A stretch of 64,000 nucleotides of DNA. It comes from Mobula birostris (Eukaryota). The notes below the pieces were generated by a model. The model was not told the origin of the DNA. It did no database searches and saw only the letters and a program-made list of their open reading frames with translations. Within the stretch, counting starts at the first letter, position 1. Every line of letters starts with the position of its first letter. Below, piece by piece: positions 39,370 through 52,718 of this stretch. The translations under genes were made by a program, and so were the position numbers. The stretch spans positions 29,603,097 to 29,667,096 of the forward strand of contig NC_092397.1 of NCBI RefSeq assembly GCF_030028105.1, given 5' to 3'.

Positions 39370-40385
39370 ATGCTGAGCTCTTTGACTTCGCTAACTTTGC
39401 CTCCAACTTTCACCCTGTCCTCAAATTTACCTGGTCCATTTGCGACACCTCACCCTCCTTTCTTGATCTATCTCTGTCTCTGGAGACAGCTTATGTACTG
39501 ATGTCTACTATTAGCCAACAGACTCTCACAGCAACCTGGACAATTCCCCTTCCCAACCTATGTCTTGCAAAAATGCCATCCTATTCTCGCAATTCTTCCG
39601 TCTCTGCCGCATCTGCGCTGAGGATGAGGCTTTTCATTCCAGGACGAAGGAAATGTCTTCCTTTTTTAAAGAAAGGGGCTTCCCTTCCTCCACCATCAAC
39701 TCTGCTCACAAACGCATCTCTCCCATTTCATACACATCTGCTCTCACCCCATCCTCCCGCTACCCCACTAGGGTTAGGGTTCCTCTTGTGCTCACCTACT
39801 GCCCCAGCATCCTCCGGGTCCAACACAAAATTCTCCGTAACTTTCACCACCTCCAACGGGATCCCACAACCAAGCACATTTTTCCCTCCCTCTCTTTCTG
39901 CTTTCCGCAGGGGTCGCTTCCTACGCGACTCCCTTGTCCATTCGTCCCCCACCCCCCATCTCTTCTCACCTATCTCCCTCCAAGCACTTATCGTTGTAAG
40001 CGGAACAAGTGCTCCACCTGCCCTTACACTTCCTCCGTCATCACCATTCAGAGCCTCCGACAGTCCTTCAGGGTGAGGCGACGCTTCACCTGTCAGTCGG
40101 CTGGGCTGATATACTGTGCCCGGTGCTCCTGGTGTGGCCTGTTATATATTGTTGAGACCCGAAGTAGACCGGGAGACCGTTTCTCTGAACACTTACGCTC
40201 TGTCCGCCAGAGAAAGCAAGTTCTCCCAGCCACACATTTTAATTCCACGTCTCATTCCCATTCTGATATGTCTATCCACGGCCTCCTCTACTGTCAAGGT
40301 GAAGCCGCACTCAGGAAGGGGGAACAACACCTTATATTCCGTCTCGGTAGCCTGATGGCAGGAACATTGATTTCTCTAACTTCCG
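39370..40385 (+). mobile_element. Penelope-like element (RT C-terminus plus GIY-YIG), degenerate
   Basis: FASNFHPVLKFT; SQFFRLCRIC; CKRNKCSTCPY; FTCQSAGLIYCARCSWCGLLYIVET. Confidence 0.9.
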
Positions 40386-40387
40386 TT

Positions 40388-42245
40388 AAAAAACACAGAA
40401 ACATTACAACACAGAAACAGGCCTTTTGGCCCTTCTTGGCTGTGCCGAACCATTTTTCTGCCTAGTCCCACTGACCTGCACCTGGACCATATCCTTCCAT
40501 ATACCTCTCATCCATGTATCTGTCCAAGTTTTTCTTAAATTTACCACTTTGTCTGGCAGCTCATTCCACAGTCACACCACTCTCTGTGCGAAGAAGTCTC
40601 CCCCCCCCCGATCCCCAATGTTCCCTTTAAATTTTCCCCTTCACCCTTAAACGATGTGCTCTGTTGTTTTTTCTCTCCCTTAGCCTCAGTGGAAAAAGCA
40701 TGCTTGTATTCACTCAATTTATACCCATGATAATTTTATATCCCTCTATCACATCTCCTCTCATTCTTATACGTTCCTAAGAATAAAGTCCTAACCTATT
40801 CAACCTTTCTCTGTAGCTCAGCGTCTCAAGTCCCGGCAATATCTCTGTAAACCTTTTCTGCACTCTTTCAACCTTATAATATCTTTCCTGTAATTAGGTG
40901 ACCAAAACTGCACACAATACTCCAAATTCGGCCTCACCAATGTCTTATACAACCTCACCATAATATTCCAACCCTTATACTCAATACTTTGATTTATGAA
41001 GGCCGAAGTGCAAAAGCTCTCTTTACGACCCTATATACCTGTGACGCCACTTTTGGGGAATTTTGTATCTGTATTTCCAGATCCCTCTGTTCTACTGCAC
41101 TCCTCAGTGCCCTACCATTTACTTTGTAATTTACCTTGGTTTGTCTTTCCAAAGTGCAATACCTCACACTTGTCAGTATTAAACTCCATCTGCCATTTTT
41201 CAGCCTATTTTTCCAGTTGGTCCAAATCCCTCTGCAAACTTTGAAAACTTTCCTCACTGTCCACTATTCCTCCAATCTTTGTATCATCAGCAAATTTGCT
41301 GATCCAATTTACCACATTATCATCCAGATCATTGACATAGATGACAAATAACAATGGACCCTGCACTGATCCTTGTGGCACACCACTAGTCACAGGTCTC
41401 CACTCAGCGAAGTAATTCTCCACTACCACTCTCTGGCTTCTCCCATTGAGCCAATGTCTAATCCAATTTACTACCTCACCATGTATACCTAGCGACTGAA
41501 TCTTCCTAACTAACCTCCCATGCGGGACCTTGTCAAAGGCCTTACTGACGTCCAGATAGACAATATCCACTGCCTTCCCTACATCCACTTCCTGGTAAAC
41601 TCCTCGAAAAACTCTAATAGATTTGTTAAACATGACCTACCACTCACAAAACCATGTTGACTCTCCTAATAAGTCCCCATCTATTCAAATACTTGTAGAT
41701 CCTATATGTTAGTACTCCTTTCAATAATTTACCTACTACCGAAGTCAAACTTATTGGCCTATAATTTCCCGAATTACTTGTTGAGCCCTTTTTAAACAAG
41801 GGAACTATATGAACTATCCTTCAATCCTCCGGCACTACACCCGTGGATACTGACATTTAAAATATATCTGCCAAGGGCCTCTGCAATTTCAATACTATTC
41901 TCCTTCAAGGTCCGAGGGAATACCCTGTCAGGTCCTGGGGATTTATCTACTCTGATTTTCCTCAAGATAGCAAGCACCTCCTCCTCTTCAATTTTTATAG
42001 GTTCCATGACCTCACTACTTGTCTGCCGTATTTCTATTGACTCCATGCCAGTTTCCTTAGTAAATACAGACGCAAAAAAAAAATAACTATTTAAGATTTG
42101 CCCCATTTCTTCTGGTTCCATACATAGCCGAACACTCTGATATTCAAGAGGACAAATTTTATCCCTTGCTATCCTTTTGCTCTTAATAAACCTGTACAAG
42201 CTTTTTGAATTATCTTTCACCTTGACTGTCAAAACAATCTCATGA
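40388..42245 (-). mobile_element. CR1 LINE ORF2 RT fragment
   Basis: [27 protein letters not shown] and ISKFADDTKIGG motifs. Confidence 0.92.
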
Positions 42246-42249
42246 CTTC

Positions 42250-42690
42250 GTGCCACTCCTCCCCTTCTTACCCCACCCCTTGTTTATTTTCATTCTCCCC
42301 CTTTTTTTTACTTCTTTCTCTGTCCCTGTCACAATCACTCCTTGCCTGCTCCCCATCTTCCTCTGTGCTCCCCTCCACCTTTCTTTCTCCCTAGGCCTCC
42401 TGTGCCATGATCCTCCCTCTTCTCCAAATCGGTATCCGTTTTGCCAATCAACTTTCCAACTCTTAGCTTCATCCCTCCCCCTCCTGTGTTCTCCAATCAT
42501 TTCGGATCTCCCCCTCCTCCTCCCACTTTCAAATCTCTTACTATCTCTTCTTTAAGTTTGTCCTGACGAAGTGGCTCGGCCCAAAACGTTGACTGTACTT
42601 CTTCCTATAGACGCTGCCTAGTCTGCTGCGTTCCACCAGCATTTTGACTGCGTTGCGTGAATTACCAGTATCTGCAAATTTTCTCGTGTT
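42250..42690 (+). mobile_element. Penelope terminal region with degenerate hammerhead (42558-42595)
   Basis: GTCCTGACGAAGTGGCTCGGCCCAAAACGTTGACTG; probably the continuation of 39370-40385, split by the CR1. Confidence 0.75.
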
Positions 42691-43317
42691 TGCATTTTCC
42701 GTGCGGGTTTGGAGGGACTACAACCAGAGGTCATGAGTTAAGGGTGAAAGATGAATGTTTAAGGAGAGCTGGAAAGGAAAATTCATCACTCAGATGGTTA
42801 TGAGAATGTCTGAACAAGCTGCCAGCACAAGTAGTGCATACAAGTTTGATTTCAACATTTAAGAGAAGTTTAAATAGTTGCGTGCATGGTAGGGGTATGG
42901 AGGCATATGGTCCCAGTGCAGATCGATGGGAGTAGGTAGATTAAATGATTTGGCATAGACTGGATGGGCCGAATGGCCTGTTCCTGTGCTGTACGTTTCT
43001 ATGATTCCATGAATCTATGATGCAGAATTCTGAAACCTGCCCCTGCACCAGCTCCTCGGTCACACATTCATCTGCTCTAACTTTCTGTTCCTACCCCCAC
43101 CACCACACGGTACCGGGAGTAACACGGAGATTACAACCCTTCAGGCCCCGCTCTTCACCTTCTTCCCCAACTCTCAATATTCACCGTGTGAGACATCACC
43201 CCTTTTCTGCCTGTCCATTGGTTCCGACGCAAACCACCAATTATGGCTGAATCAACACTGGCCCGCTGTTCTATAGCTGCTCTGAGACGTCCCTGACCCT
43301 GGCACCAGGGAGAGGAC

Positions 43318-44082
43318 ACTCCGGTTTAAGATGGCGCTGGTGAAGCACAGCGATGACTCACCGGTATCAAACAAAACCACGAATTACTTCATGAATCACA
43401 CATTTTCAAGTAAACGATCACTGCAATCAATAGCCTATTGTTTTCCTATCGGAGCTGAGCTTTTCAACCTCCTGTACAACCTGGCATTTTTGCGGTGTGA
43501 ACTGAAGAATTAAAGATGCAGGACGGTTGTGCGTGACGTGCCCGGGCCGGAGAGTGGGGAACGAGACAATGTTTGGCCATTGCTGGAGAAGACTGAGAGT
43601 TGATCCGATGTGACAGAACTGAGGCGAGGAAAGCGGACACAACGCAGAGTAGAGTTGACTGGGCCCGGGCCCAGGCCTGCGAGCGAGAAAACACCTGAGG
43701 TTTGATCGATTTAAATGCCAGATCAGGGAGTCGGGGTCGGAGGCAAGGGACGGGCCGGTTCAGCTGGCTGCTCAGCGAGGTGCACTCGTCTCTCCACTGA
43801 ACCGAGGCTCTGGCCTGCAACTAACGGGCTGCTCGGCTGCAGTGACGACTGGCTTCACAGCCCTGGACCCACTCTCTCACTCTCGTCAACTTCAGGTGTC
43901 TGATCGCTTCTGTTGTTTGCACGATTTGTTTTTATTTTCCTGCACTCTGCATATTTGATGGTCTTTTTTAAAAAGCGTTCCATCGGGATTATCCATTTTT
44001 TAGCTGCCCGTATGGAGACAAATTTCCAGATTATGTATGATATATATATACTTTGATCATAAATGTACTTTGAACTTTGAAC
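43318..44082 (+). mobile_element. Non-autonomous retroelement with AAGATGGCG head and (TTTGAAC)n tail
   Basis: YY1-like head at about 43328, CpG-rich body, no RT; tail shared with 44560-44690 and 34030-34100. Confidence 0.55.
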
Positions 44083-45426
44083 AGCATAATTTTGCGGATA
44101 GTGGGCAGCAATCGAGTTACACAGCGCTATCACTTGCTTCTTAACCAGCCAGACTCAGAGCCAGTCTCAGCTCCTCAGCTTCTTCCTCCCTCATTTATTT
44201 TCTGCCAGTAACTCCTATACCAACCACTAGACTCACCGTTCTTTTCCGATAGAGTTAATATTATCAGCGAGAAATCAGTTAATATCAATAATTCGGCATT
44301 AACATTTTCCTAGTACGGGGCTCTCCCGAGTCGACGTCTGTTTCTTTCCTCTCGCAGGCGATCCTCCAGTAGATTATTTTGGTTCTGGTGAGGTCATGGC
44401 TGGACAAATCTGCGTGGATAACTTCTCTCACGTCAACTCTGAACAACCTATGTGCTCACTATCACTGGTCTCTAACTCGTGTCTTCAGTATTATTTATTT
44501 GCTTGTTTACTTGCATTTGCAGAGATTGTCGTATTTTGCTCCTTGATTGTTTCTCAGTCGTTGTATGTCTTGCTTTGATTATGTGGTATTTCTTTGTTCT
44601 ACTGTGTATAATGGCAATAAAATGAATCTCAAGGTGGTAATGGTGACATATACTTATTGCACTTTGATAACAAATTTAATTTGAACTTTGTGTATTGCAT
44701 GCTGTTCTGGTTTCCTCTCTTGAGGAAAACTATTGGTTTCCTTGGTGTTGCAGAGCAGGATGACCATATTGATGGCGAGTTTGTCAATGAGCAGAGGTTG
44801 AATTGACTGCGATTATGCATGCTGAAATTCAGAAGAATGAGAGGGAAACTTAGAGAAACATACAGAATTGTGAAAGGGATAGACGAGATAGACAGTAATG
44901 TTCATTCTTCTAAACTAAAACTAGGGGTCATAACGTCAATATTCTGAGGAATAGATTTAGGATGGAGTTGACAGGAAATTGGATATAAAAGGGAGTAGTG
45001 AATTTGTGATATTCTCTGTGCAAGGAGGGGGTGGAAGCTAACTTATTAAAGACATCTTCAAGAAAAATACCAGGAAATTTGACGAAGGAAAGGCAGTGGA
45101 TGTTGTCTACATGGACGTTAGCAAACCCTTTGACAAGGGCCTGCATGGGTTGTTGTTCAAGAACGTTCAGTCGTATGCCATTCAAGGTGTGTTAGTGAAA
45201 TGCATTACAGTTTGATTTTGCTGACTAAGCCAGAGAATGGTAGTAGATGCTGCCTCTCTGACTGGAGCCTTGTGACGAATGGAGGGATGCAAGAATTGGT
45301 GCTGGCTTTTTGTCCAGAGACTGGGAGATACAGGAGAAACACCACAATCCTGCAATCTATGCACCTGTTTCTTGTTGTCTTTCTACCTGCATGGCCTATC
45401 TATTTTTCAGTTTGCCTATCGGCGTC

Positions 45427-45575
45427 CGTCTCTCCGTCTCCCCGTCTCCCCGTCTCTCCGTCTCCCCGTCTCCCCGTCTCTCCGTCTCTCCGTCTCCCCG
45501 ACTCTCCGTCTCTCCGTCTCTCCGTCTCTCCGTCTCCCCGTCTCTCCGTCTCTCCGTCTCTCTCTCTCTCTCTTT
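45427..45575. repeat. 8-bp tandem repeat (CGTCTCYC)n grading into (TC)n
   Basis: Read directly from the sequence. Confidence 0.93.
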
Positions 45576-45964
45576 CTCCAACTTCCTCACGCTTGTCTTT
45601 CTCTCGTTCTTTTCCAGCCGCCATGCACCTATTCGTCTGCCATTTTCCAGTATTTTCTTGTATTATTTAACAGTCTGCCCAGTCCTTTGCAGATTGAAAT
45701 ATTTACTCTCGATGTCTTTTTACTTTTGACAGATTTGAGATACCCATTAAAGACTGTTACATCACCAAAATGACAAACAAAATTCTAGAGGAATTCAGTA
45801 GCATTCCTTGTGTTGTCCTGGATTGCCAACATCTTCAGATTTTCTCCTGTTTGTACATTAGCGACGTGCTTATTTTACCGTCTCTCTATTGTATCTTCGT
45901 TCGAATCTGTTTTTTTTTGTGTGTATTTCGAATTGCATTGACTTCATTACTTACATACTTTATA

Positions 45965-47480
45965 TAGTCATAGTCGTATTCATAGTCATACTTTATTGAT
46001 CCCGGGGGAAATCGGTTTTCGTTACAGTTGCACCATAAATAATAAATAGTAATAGTAATATTACTATTAGTAAATCGTAAATAGTAATAGTCATAGAAAT
46101 AATAAATAGTAATAGAATAGTAATAGAAATAGTAATAAATAGTTAAATAGTAATATGTAATTTATGCCAGTAAATTATGAAATAAGTCCAGGACCAGCCT
46201 ATCGGCTCAGGGTGTCTGACCCTCCAAGGGAGGAGTTGTAAAGTTTGATGGCCACAGGCAGGAATGACTTCCTATAACGCTCTGCGCTGCATCTCGGTGG
46301 AATGAGTCTCTGGCTGAATGTACTCCTGTGCCCACCCAGTACATTAGGTAGTGGATGGGAGACATTGACCAAGATGGCATGCAACTTAGACAGCATCCTC
46401 TTTTCAGACACCACCGTCAGAGAGTCCAGTTCCATCCCCACAACATCACTGGCCTTACGAATGAGTTTGTTGATTCTGTTGATGTCTGCTACCCTCAGCC
46501 TGCTGCCCCAGCACACAACAGCAAACATGATAGCACTGGCCACCACAGACTCGTAGAACATCATCAACATGGTACGGCAGATGTTAAAGGACCTCAGTCT
46601 CCTCAGGAAATAGAGACGGCTCTGACCCTTCTTGTAGACAGCCTCAGTGTTCTTAGACCAGTCCAGTTTATTATCAATTCGTATCCCCAGGTATTTGTAA
46701 TCCTCCACCATGTCCACACTGACCCCCAGGATGGAAACAGGGGTCACCGGTACCTTAGCTCTCCTCAGGAAATCTGTAACTGACTTTGTAAGCAACTATC
46801 AACGATAACCCACTACCACCGGACCGGTCAGCAGGTAGACGATGGCATCCTCAACTCCTAGTCGGGGCTGGTAGGCCAACTGGAGGGGATCTAAGTGTGG
46901 CCTGATCATAGGACGGAGCAGCTCCAGAACAAGTCTCTCCGGGGTCTTCATGCTGTGGGAGGTCAATGCCACCGGTCTGTAGTCATTGAGGCCGCTGGGG
47001 CGCTGCGTCTTCGGCACAGGGACGAGGCAGGACGTCTTCCACAGTACAGGAACCCTCCGGAGCCTCAGGCTCAGGTTGAAGACATGGCGAAGTACTCCAC
47101 ATAGCTGAGGGGCACAGTCATTGAGCACCCTGGTACTGACACCATCCGGTCCTGCAACCTTGCTTGGGTTGAGACGTTTCAGCTGTCTTCTCACCTGTTC
47201 AGCCGTGAAGCCCACCATGGTGGTTTCGTGTGGGGGAGGGGTATAGTCATGAGAGCAGGGCGGGGGACTGTGAGGAGGGGTAGGAGGGGAGAGTGGAATA
47301 TGTGTTGGTTGGGGGCCGACAACAAATGGCTCACGTGGGGGATGAGCAGGGGTCATAATGTCAAATCTGTTAAAGAACAGGTTAAGTTCGTTGGCCCTGT
47401 CCACACTGCCTTCAGCTCCTCTGTTGCCAGTTTGCCGAAACCCAGTGATGGTCCTCATCCCACCTCCAGACCTCTCTCAT
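45965..47480 (-). mobile_element. Rex1/Babar-like LINE (family A), internally deleted
   Basis: ORFs 46799-47458 (KVAGPDGV, NDYRPVALTS, LDPLQLAYQ) and 46199-46795 (YKYLG, QSRLYFLRRL); the RT catalytic core is missing between them. Confidence 0.92.
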
Positions 47481-47653
47481 GTTGTTCTGCTGCAGTTTCC
47501 ACTCAGGCTTCCTCCATGAGAAGTAAAAATCTTTACGTTATGTCTCTGCCTAAATGTGTAATGTGCAATTTGTAGTAACTTATAATAAATAGTATGTACA
47601 ACAGGACAGTCACTATAACATTGAAATATATTTGTGCAATTGTTTCTGTGTGC

Positions 47654-47686
<33 letters not shown>

Positions 47687-48045
47687 TCACCAGGAAGAAG
47701 CTGAAGGACTGAAGGACAGTTCAAAATGGGAAACTGCAGGGACAGAGGTAGGGATCGGTCAGTGTTGCTGGTCTCCGTTGAGAGATGAATAATTAGCCAA
47801 CAAAATGATGAAAACTGTAAGTATAGCTGTTTCGTGACAAAGCTCAGTCTTTGAAATTAAATCTACCGGCCTATTTCCACCAGATACGCTGCTGAGGTAA
47901 TGCCAAATAATTTTGATGTATTTGTCTCCAATCGACCCAATATTTACATTAGAGCAATGGTATTGCATTGAAGTGCTTGTTCAATCAACTGTAACTAAGA
48001 CAGTTGGTGAGGTGTACAACCCTGTCTCTGGAGACAGATTTTCTG

Positions 48046-48052
48046 TATAAAT
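48046..48052 (+). promoter_or_regulatory. TATA box of the GPCR gene
   Basis: TATAAAT 85 bp upstream of the exon 1 ATG. Confidence 0.6.
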
Positions 48053-48130
48053 CTGGGCCGCTTTGAATGCATCAGCTGTCTGCCAGAGCTGTGAATACAG
48101 GAGCAACAGAAATCACAGATTCCTTCTGAA

Positions 48131-48200
48131 ATGGTTTATCCAGTCATCTGGCAGATAGAAGACGTTTACTACCCTTTTATTTCAGCCTTTGGAATTCCCG
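48131..48200 (+). CDS. GPR139-like receptor, coding exon 1
   Basis: MVYPVIWQIEDVYYPFISAFGIP, ending CCCG|GTAAGC in phase 1; matches exon 2 and completes TM1 (FGIPAN). Confidence 0.88.
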
Positions 48201-49264
48201 GTAAGCCTTAGTGTCAGCTGCCGTGGGTGGATGGTGAAGCTTAATCCCAATGCTGTGATTGATTCTGCCGCTGGTTTGAACTGTCACATTCCAGTCCCAG
48301 TATTCGGCATTTCAGGAATGGAGTGGAACCACCGGCGCTATGGATGCTGCGATTTCTATCTAAAACCAAACCAATACAGCGAATTCAGCGGCCAATTTCT
48401 CAGGGTGTGAGCGGGTCAGGCAGCGTACTTCCAGCGCTTTATGATCAATGATGAGATGTTCGGTACTCTGCATTTGGTCTTGTAGCAGCTGCACTGCATT
48501 TGTAAATATTGTGTTGATACAGCCCGCGGAGTTTATGTCAGTTCATCGTCTGCATTTGAATGTGAGTGATTGTCTACTTAGGAGCAACAATAAAACCATT
48601 CACTGCAGTAACACTTCAGCAAATGTGAGGAGTTCTATCTTGTAACACGAAACTGTTGTGGATTTTTAGTGAATATCTGCGTTATGACTGAATATAAAGC
48701 AGTTGATAGACAGCACAATGAAGTTGATGCTGAGTCAATTAACACAACCGACGTGGTGCTTCATAGTTATCACTACTGTGAAATGTATTCCATTATATAT
48801 ACATCCGGCACTGTTACAGACATCTGACCACGGCACCGAGTTTGAATTCCTCTCCCCTACATCCCTGTGAAGAACTCAGTGGAAGGAGTCATGTCCGTCT
48901 ATGAGGTTTTGTCAGACTGCGCTGTATCTGTTGGAATCAATCAATGTTCTGTTGTAAAGTCAGTGAAGTGGCAAATGCTGGAATAGGAAACAAACTCGGG
49001 GAATGCTGGAAACACCAGGTAGCCTGTATGGAAAGAGAAACCAGTTAACACTCGTGTCAGGGGTCTCTCTGAGAACAGTTTTGGGGAGAGATACTTTTAC
49101 TGTTTTTACACATATTATGTTTTGGCTGGATGAGTGTTTCGTTTCCAGCATTTCCTGTTTTTGTTCCGTCTTTCAGCTATTCTGTCGCCGATAGAGATTG
49201 CCCTTAAAGTTGATGATTGTCTAATGAAAGAATTCCGCCATCAGCGTCCGGGTTTATTCATTTC

Positions 49265-49762
49265 ATCCAGATGATAGTGAGGTCAGCTGAGAAGATCATC
49301 GGGGTCTCTGTTCCCGCCATTACAGACATTTACACCACACGCTGCATCCGTAAAGCAAACAATATTATGAAGGACCCCACGCACCCATCACACAAACTCT
49401 CTCCCTCCTGCCATCTGGCAAAAGGCACCGAAGCATTCGGGCTCACACGACCAGAATATGCAACAGTTTCTTCCCCCAAATCCATCAGACTCCTCAATTC
49501 AGAGCCTGGACTGACACCAACCTACAGCCCTCTACTCTGCCTATTGTCTTGTTTATTATTTATTGTAATGTCTGCACTGTTTTTTACACTTTCTGCAGTC
49601 CTGAGTAGGACTATAATCTAGTGTAGTTTTTCTGTTGTTTTACGTAGTTCAGTGTAGTTTTTATATTGTTTCTTGTAGCACCATGGTCCTGAAAACGTTG
49701 TCTCGTTTTTACCGTGTACCAGCAGTTATGGTCGAAATGACAATAAAAGGTGATTTGACGTG
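49265..49762 (+). mobile_element. Rex1-like 3' fragment in the GPCR intron
   Basis: Homologous to 19695-20212. Confidence 0.8.
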
Positions 49763-50067
49763 AGACACAGAAGGCGCCGGTAGAAAATGTTCCATCCAGT
49801 ATTGACTCTGAGGAGGACGTTATCCAGTTTTAGCTTTCCGCTGCCACTTCACATTTCACTCATCAGTAAGGAATCCGTATTCAGATCAGATAGAATGTAT
49901 TTTACTGTTCAAACTCCTTCTCTGTCTCCTACAGCTCTGCGCCATCTCTCGACCCTCATACTGCTAAATGCAGCAATAAAGTGGAAATATTACAAAATCT
50001 TTTCAAACTGCTGCATTGGCTTCTGCTCGGTATTTTCTCAACTTGCTGTTTCCTGCCTCTCTTCCAG

Positions 50068-50975
50068 CGAACTTGGTGGCGGTTGTGATCCTGTCCCGGG
50101 GAAAGTGCGGTCTCTCCAAATGTGTCACTCGCTACCTGGTGGGAATGGCAGCGGCCGATCTCCTTGTCGTTATTTCGGATCCGCTGCTGAGGTGGACTGC
50201 TGTGATTTATTTTGCCCGATTATTCCTGTTCATCACTCCTGTGTGCAGAATCTGTGAATGGTTGGTTGCCGCGAGCACTGCGACCTCAGTCTGGCTGACT
50301 GTCGCTTTCACCGTCGATCGATTTGTGGCTATTTGCTGTGAGAAGCTGAAAACAAAATATTGCACCGAGAGAACGGCGGCTGTGGTTATCGGGACAGTGA
50401 GTGTGCTGGCCTGTCTGGAGACTGTCCCCTGGGGATTTGTATACGGGCCCAGGGAAATAATTGACGGTGTTCCCTGGTATTGTCTTCTTACACCGAGCTT
50501 CACAAACTCTCCCTCATGGTCGGCATTTGAGATGTTTCACCTCATTTTGACACCTTGTGTCCCATTCTTTCTGATTTTGCTGTTCAATATTCTGACTGTC
50601 AGGCGGATTCTAGTGGCCAGTCGGGGCCGCAGGGGGCTCCGGGGACAAAAGAGTGGAGAGAATGACAAGGACCGGGAGATGGAGAACCGACGCAAATCAA
50701 TCGTTTTGCTCTTCAGCATAACCGGTACTTTTGTATTGTTGTGGGGAACATTTGTGGTATTTTCTATCTATAGACGGATTTCAATGAGTTTTCTTGATAC
50801 TGGCACGGATCCCCGTTACATAACAGGACAGACAGCGCTAATGCTGCAGGTTCTCAGTTCCTGCACCAACACGTGTATTTACGCCCTGACTCAGAGCAAA
50901 TTCCGAGAGGAACTGAAGAATGCGGTGAAATACCCACTGAATCGGATTTTCAAACTCATTACACATTGGAAATAA
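50068..50975 (+). CDS. GPR139/GPR142-like class A GPCR, coding exon 2 (325 aa total)
   Basis: Acceptor TTTCCTGCCTCTCTTCCAG|CG; YLVGMAAADL, WLTVAFTVDRFVAIC and NTCIY motifs; seven TM segments; AATAAA overlaps the stop. Confidence 0.93.
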
Positions 50976-51265
50976 ATGCTGAAAATTATTATAATTCAGG
51001 TGCCTTCATGCTCCCTATTCTAGCTCCCCAGTTCTGGGTAAATGGAAACAATGTAATGAACAGAGTTATAAGCAATCACGAGAAAATCGACAGTTGCTCG
51101 AAATACAAAACAGCACACACAAAATCTGATCCTATAAAGTGTCTCGGCCAGAAACGTCGACTGTTTACTCTTTTCCTCACATAGAATGCTGGACGAACTC
51201 AGCAGGTCTGGAATTATCTATGGAAAAGAATAAACTGTCGACGTTTCTGGCCGAGACCCTTCATG

Positions 51266-52718
51266 TGTCATAATGGGGTGCTGGGAACGGACCCAAATGC
51301 GAGACACAGACACTGAAATACAAGGAACAGGACTTTACTGGAGTAGGGACGTGACAGGACACAGGCAAGGAGCAGGGACAAGAACGCAGACGAGAGCTTG
51401 GACCGCGAGCCAGAGACTGGACAAGGACCCAGAACCTGGGTTTTGCTCGGGTTCGGGCGCCAGAGCCAGGCATGGACATGACATGACTACAGGCTTCAGG
51501 CTGGGGTCCTGGTCCTGTGGCTTGAGCTTAGAGACAGGCTGGGTTCGTGGTCATGAGGCTTGCGGCATGGAGGCAGGCTTGGTGTCTTGAGGCTTGAGGC
51601 TTGGAGACAGGCTTGGTGTCTTGAGGCTTGAGGCTTTGAGGCAGGCTTGGGGTCTTGAGGCTCGAAGCTTGGAGACAGGCTGGGGGTCTTGAGGCTTGAA
51701 GCTTGGAGACAGGCTGGGGGTCTTGAGGCTTGAAGCTTGGAGACAGGTTTGGGATCCTCGAGGCTTGGGTTCTTGGAGCTTGGCTTGGGATCTTGAGCTT
51801 GGCTGCTGGCTGGGATATGGGATCTTGAGCTTGGCTGCCGTTGGGTACTTCGAGGCTTGGGTATGGACACCGAGCCAGAGACTGGGCAAGGACACGGAAT
51901 ATGGGACTTGACTCGGTCCCGGACTTCAGAACTGGGCAAGGACAAGACGAGGCTACAGGACTGAACATGACTTCGGTGTGGAACTCCTGGGTAGGGCGAG
52001 ACATAAGGACAGGTAAAGGAACATGGACAGGACTCGGACAGGACTGGACTAGGCATGGACTGGACAAAGGCCTTCAGGAGCACGGCGCCTGCGACTAAAA
52101 GAGACAGGAGCATGGAACACAGAGTCAGGACCCCTCCTTCGGAACAGGATGTAGGACCGGGAGTCGCACAGATAACACAGAGCCGGGACCCCTCCTTGGG
52201 AACAGGACATAGGGTCGGGACTCATGCACAGAACACTGCACATGCAGAGACGGATCCCAACACAAGGTGGCGGCAAACGGCCGGACCCATCTAGCGAAGG
52301 CGTGGAATCAGAGACAGATCCTAACACTAGATAGCGGCAAACGGCCAGAACTACCTGGTGAAGGCGTGGACACAGAAAGACAATTCCACACAACGAAAGA
52401 CAGTTTCTTATCGTGAGCTAACAAGGCTGTGGGCTTACTCCGGCGGTAAAACTTCAGTGGAACAGGCAGGGTATACAGGCGGGGCATCCTGGCTAGGTGA
52501 GTAGGCAGAAAGTCAGGCAAGGGGGGAGGGGGTTGACAGGGAGGGGAACAAAACAGTTCAGCAGGGATTCGCTGGTTTGCAGAGGTATTTATGTCTCAGC
52601 CCCAAAATGAGAAACATGTGCCCACAACAGAAACTGGGGTAAACCAGAAATCCCGGAACAACGAACCATGGACCGGACCATGAACCAGAACACGGACATC
52701 ACGGACTGGACCATGACA
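51266..52718 (-). mobile_element. Solo LTR (Gypsy-like), 1453 bp
   Basis: TGTCA...TGACA termini; perfect 5-bp TSD TCATG (51261-51265 and 52719-52723); CATAAAT and AGTAAA signals on the minus strand; internal 34-bp tandem repeat. Confidence 0.88.

Noticed and set aside
39200-39370. Cys-containing minus-strand peptide (CIYRISVTSCGAKVNC...) as upstream env SU
   Set aside because: Position is plausible but there is no diagnostic motif; it needs BLASTX.
45200-45773. SP-rich ORFs in all frames
   Set aside because: Translation of an 8-bp tandem repeat.
50016-50067. ORF-track N-terminus of the GPCR
   Set aside because: Non-ATG start lying in the intron polypyrimidine tract; the real exon 1 is 48131-48200.
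51496-52113. Repetitive ORFs and a CRISPR-like periodic array
   Set aside because: Head-to-tail tandem repeat inside an LTR, with no unique spacers and no cas genes, in eukaryotic DNA.
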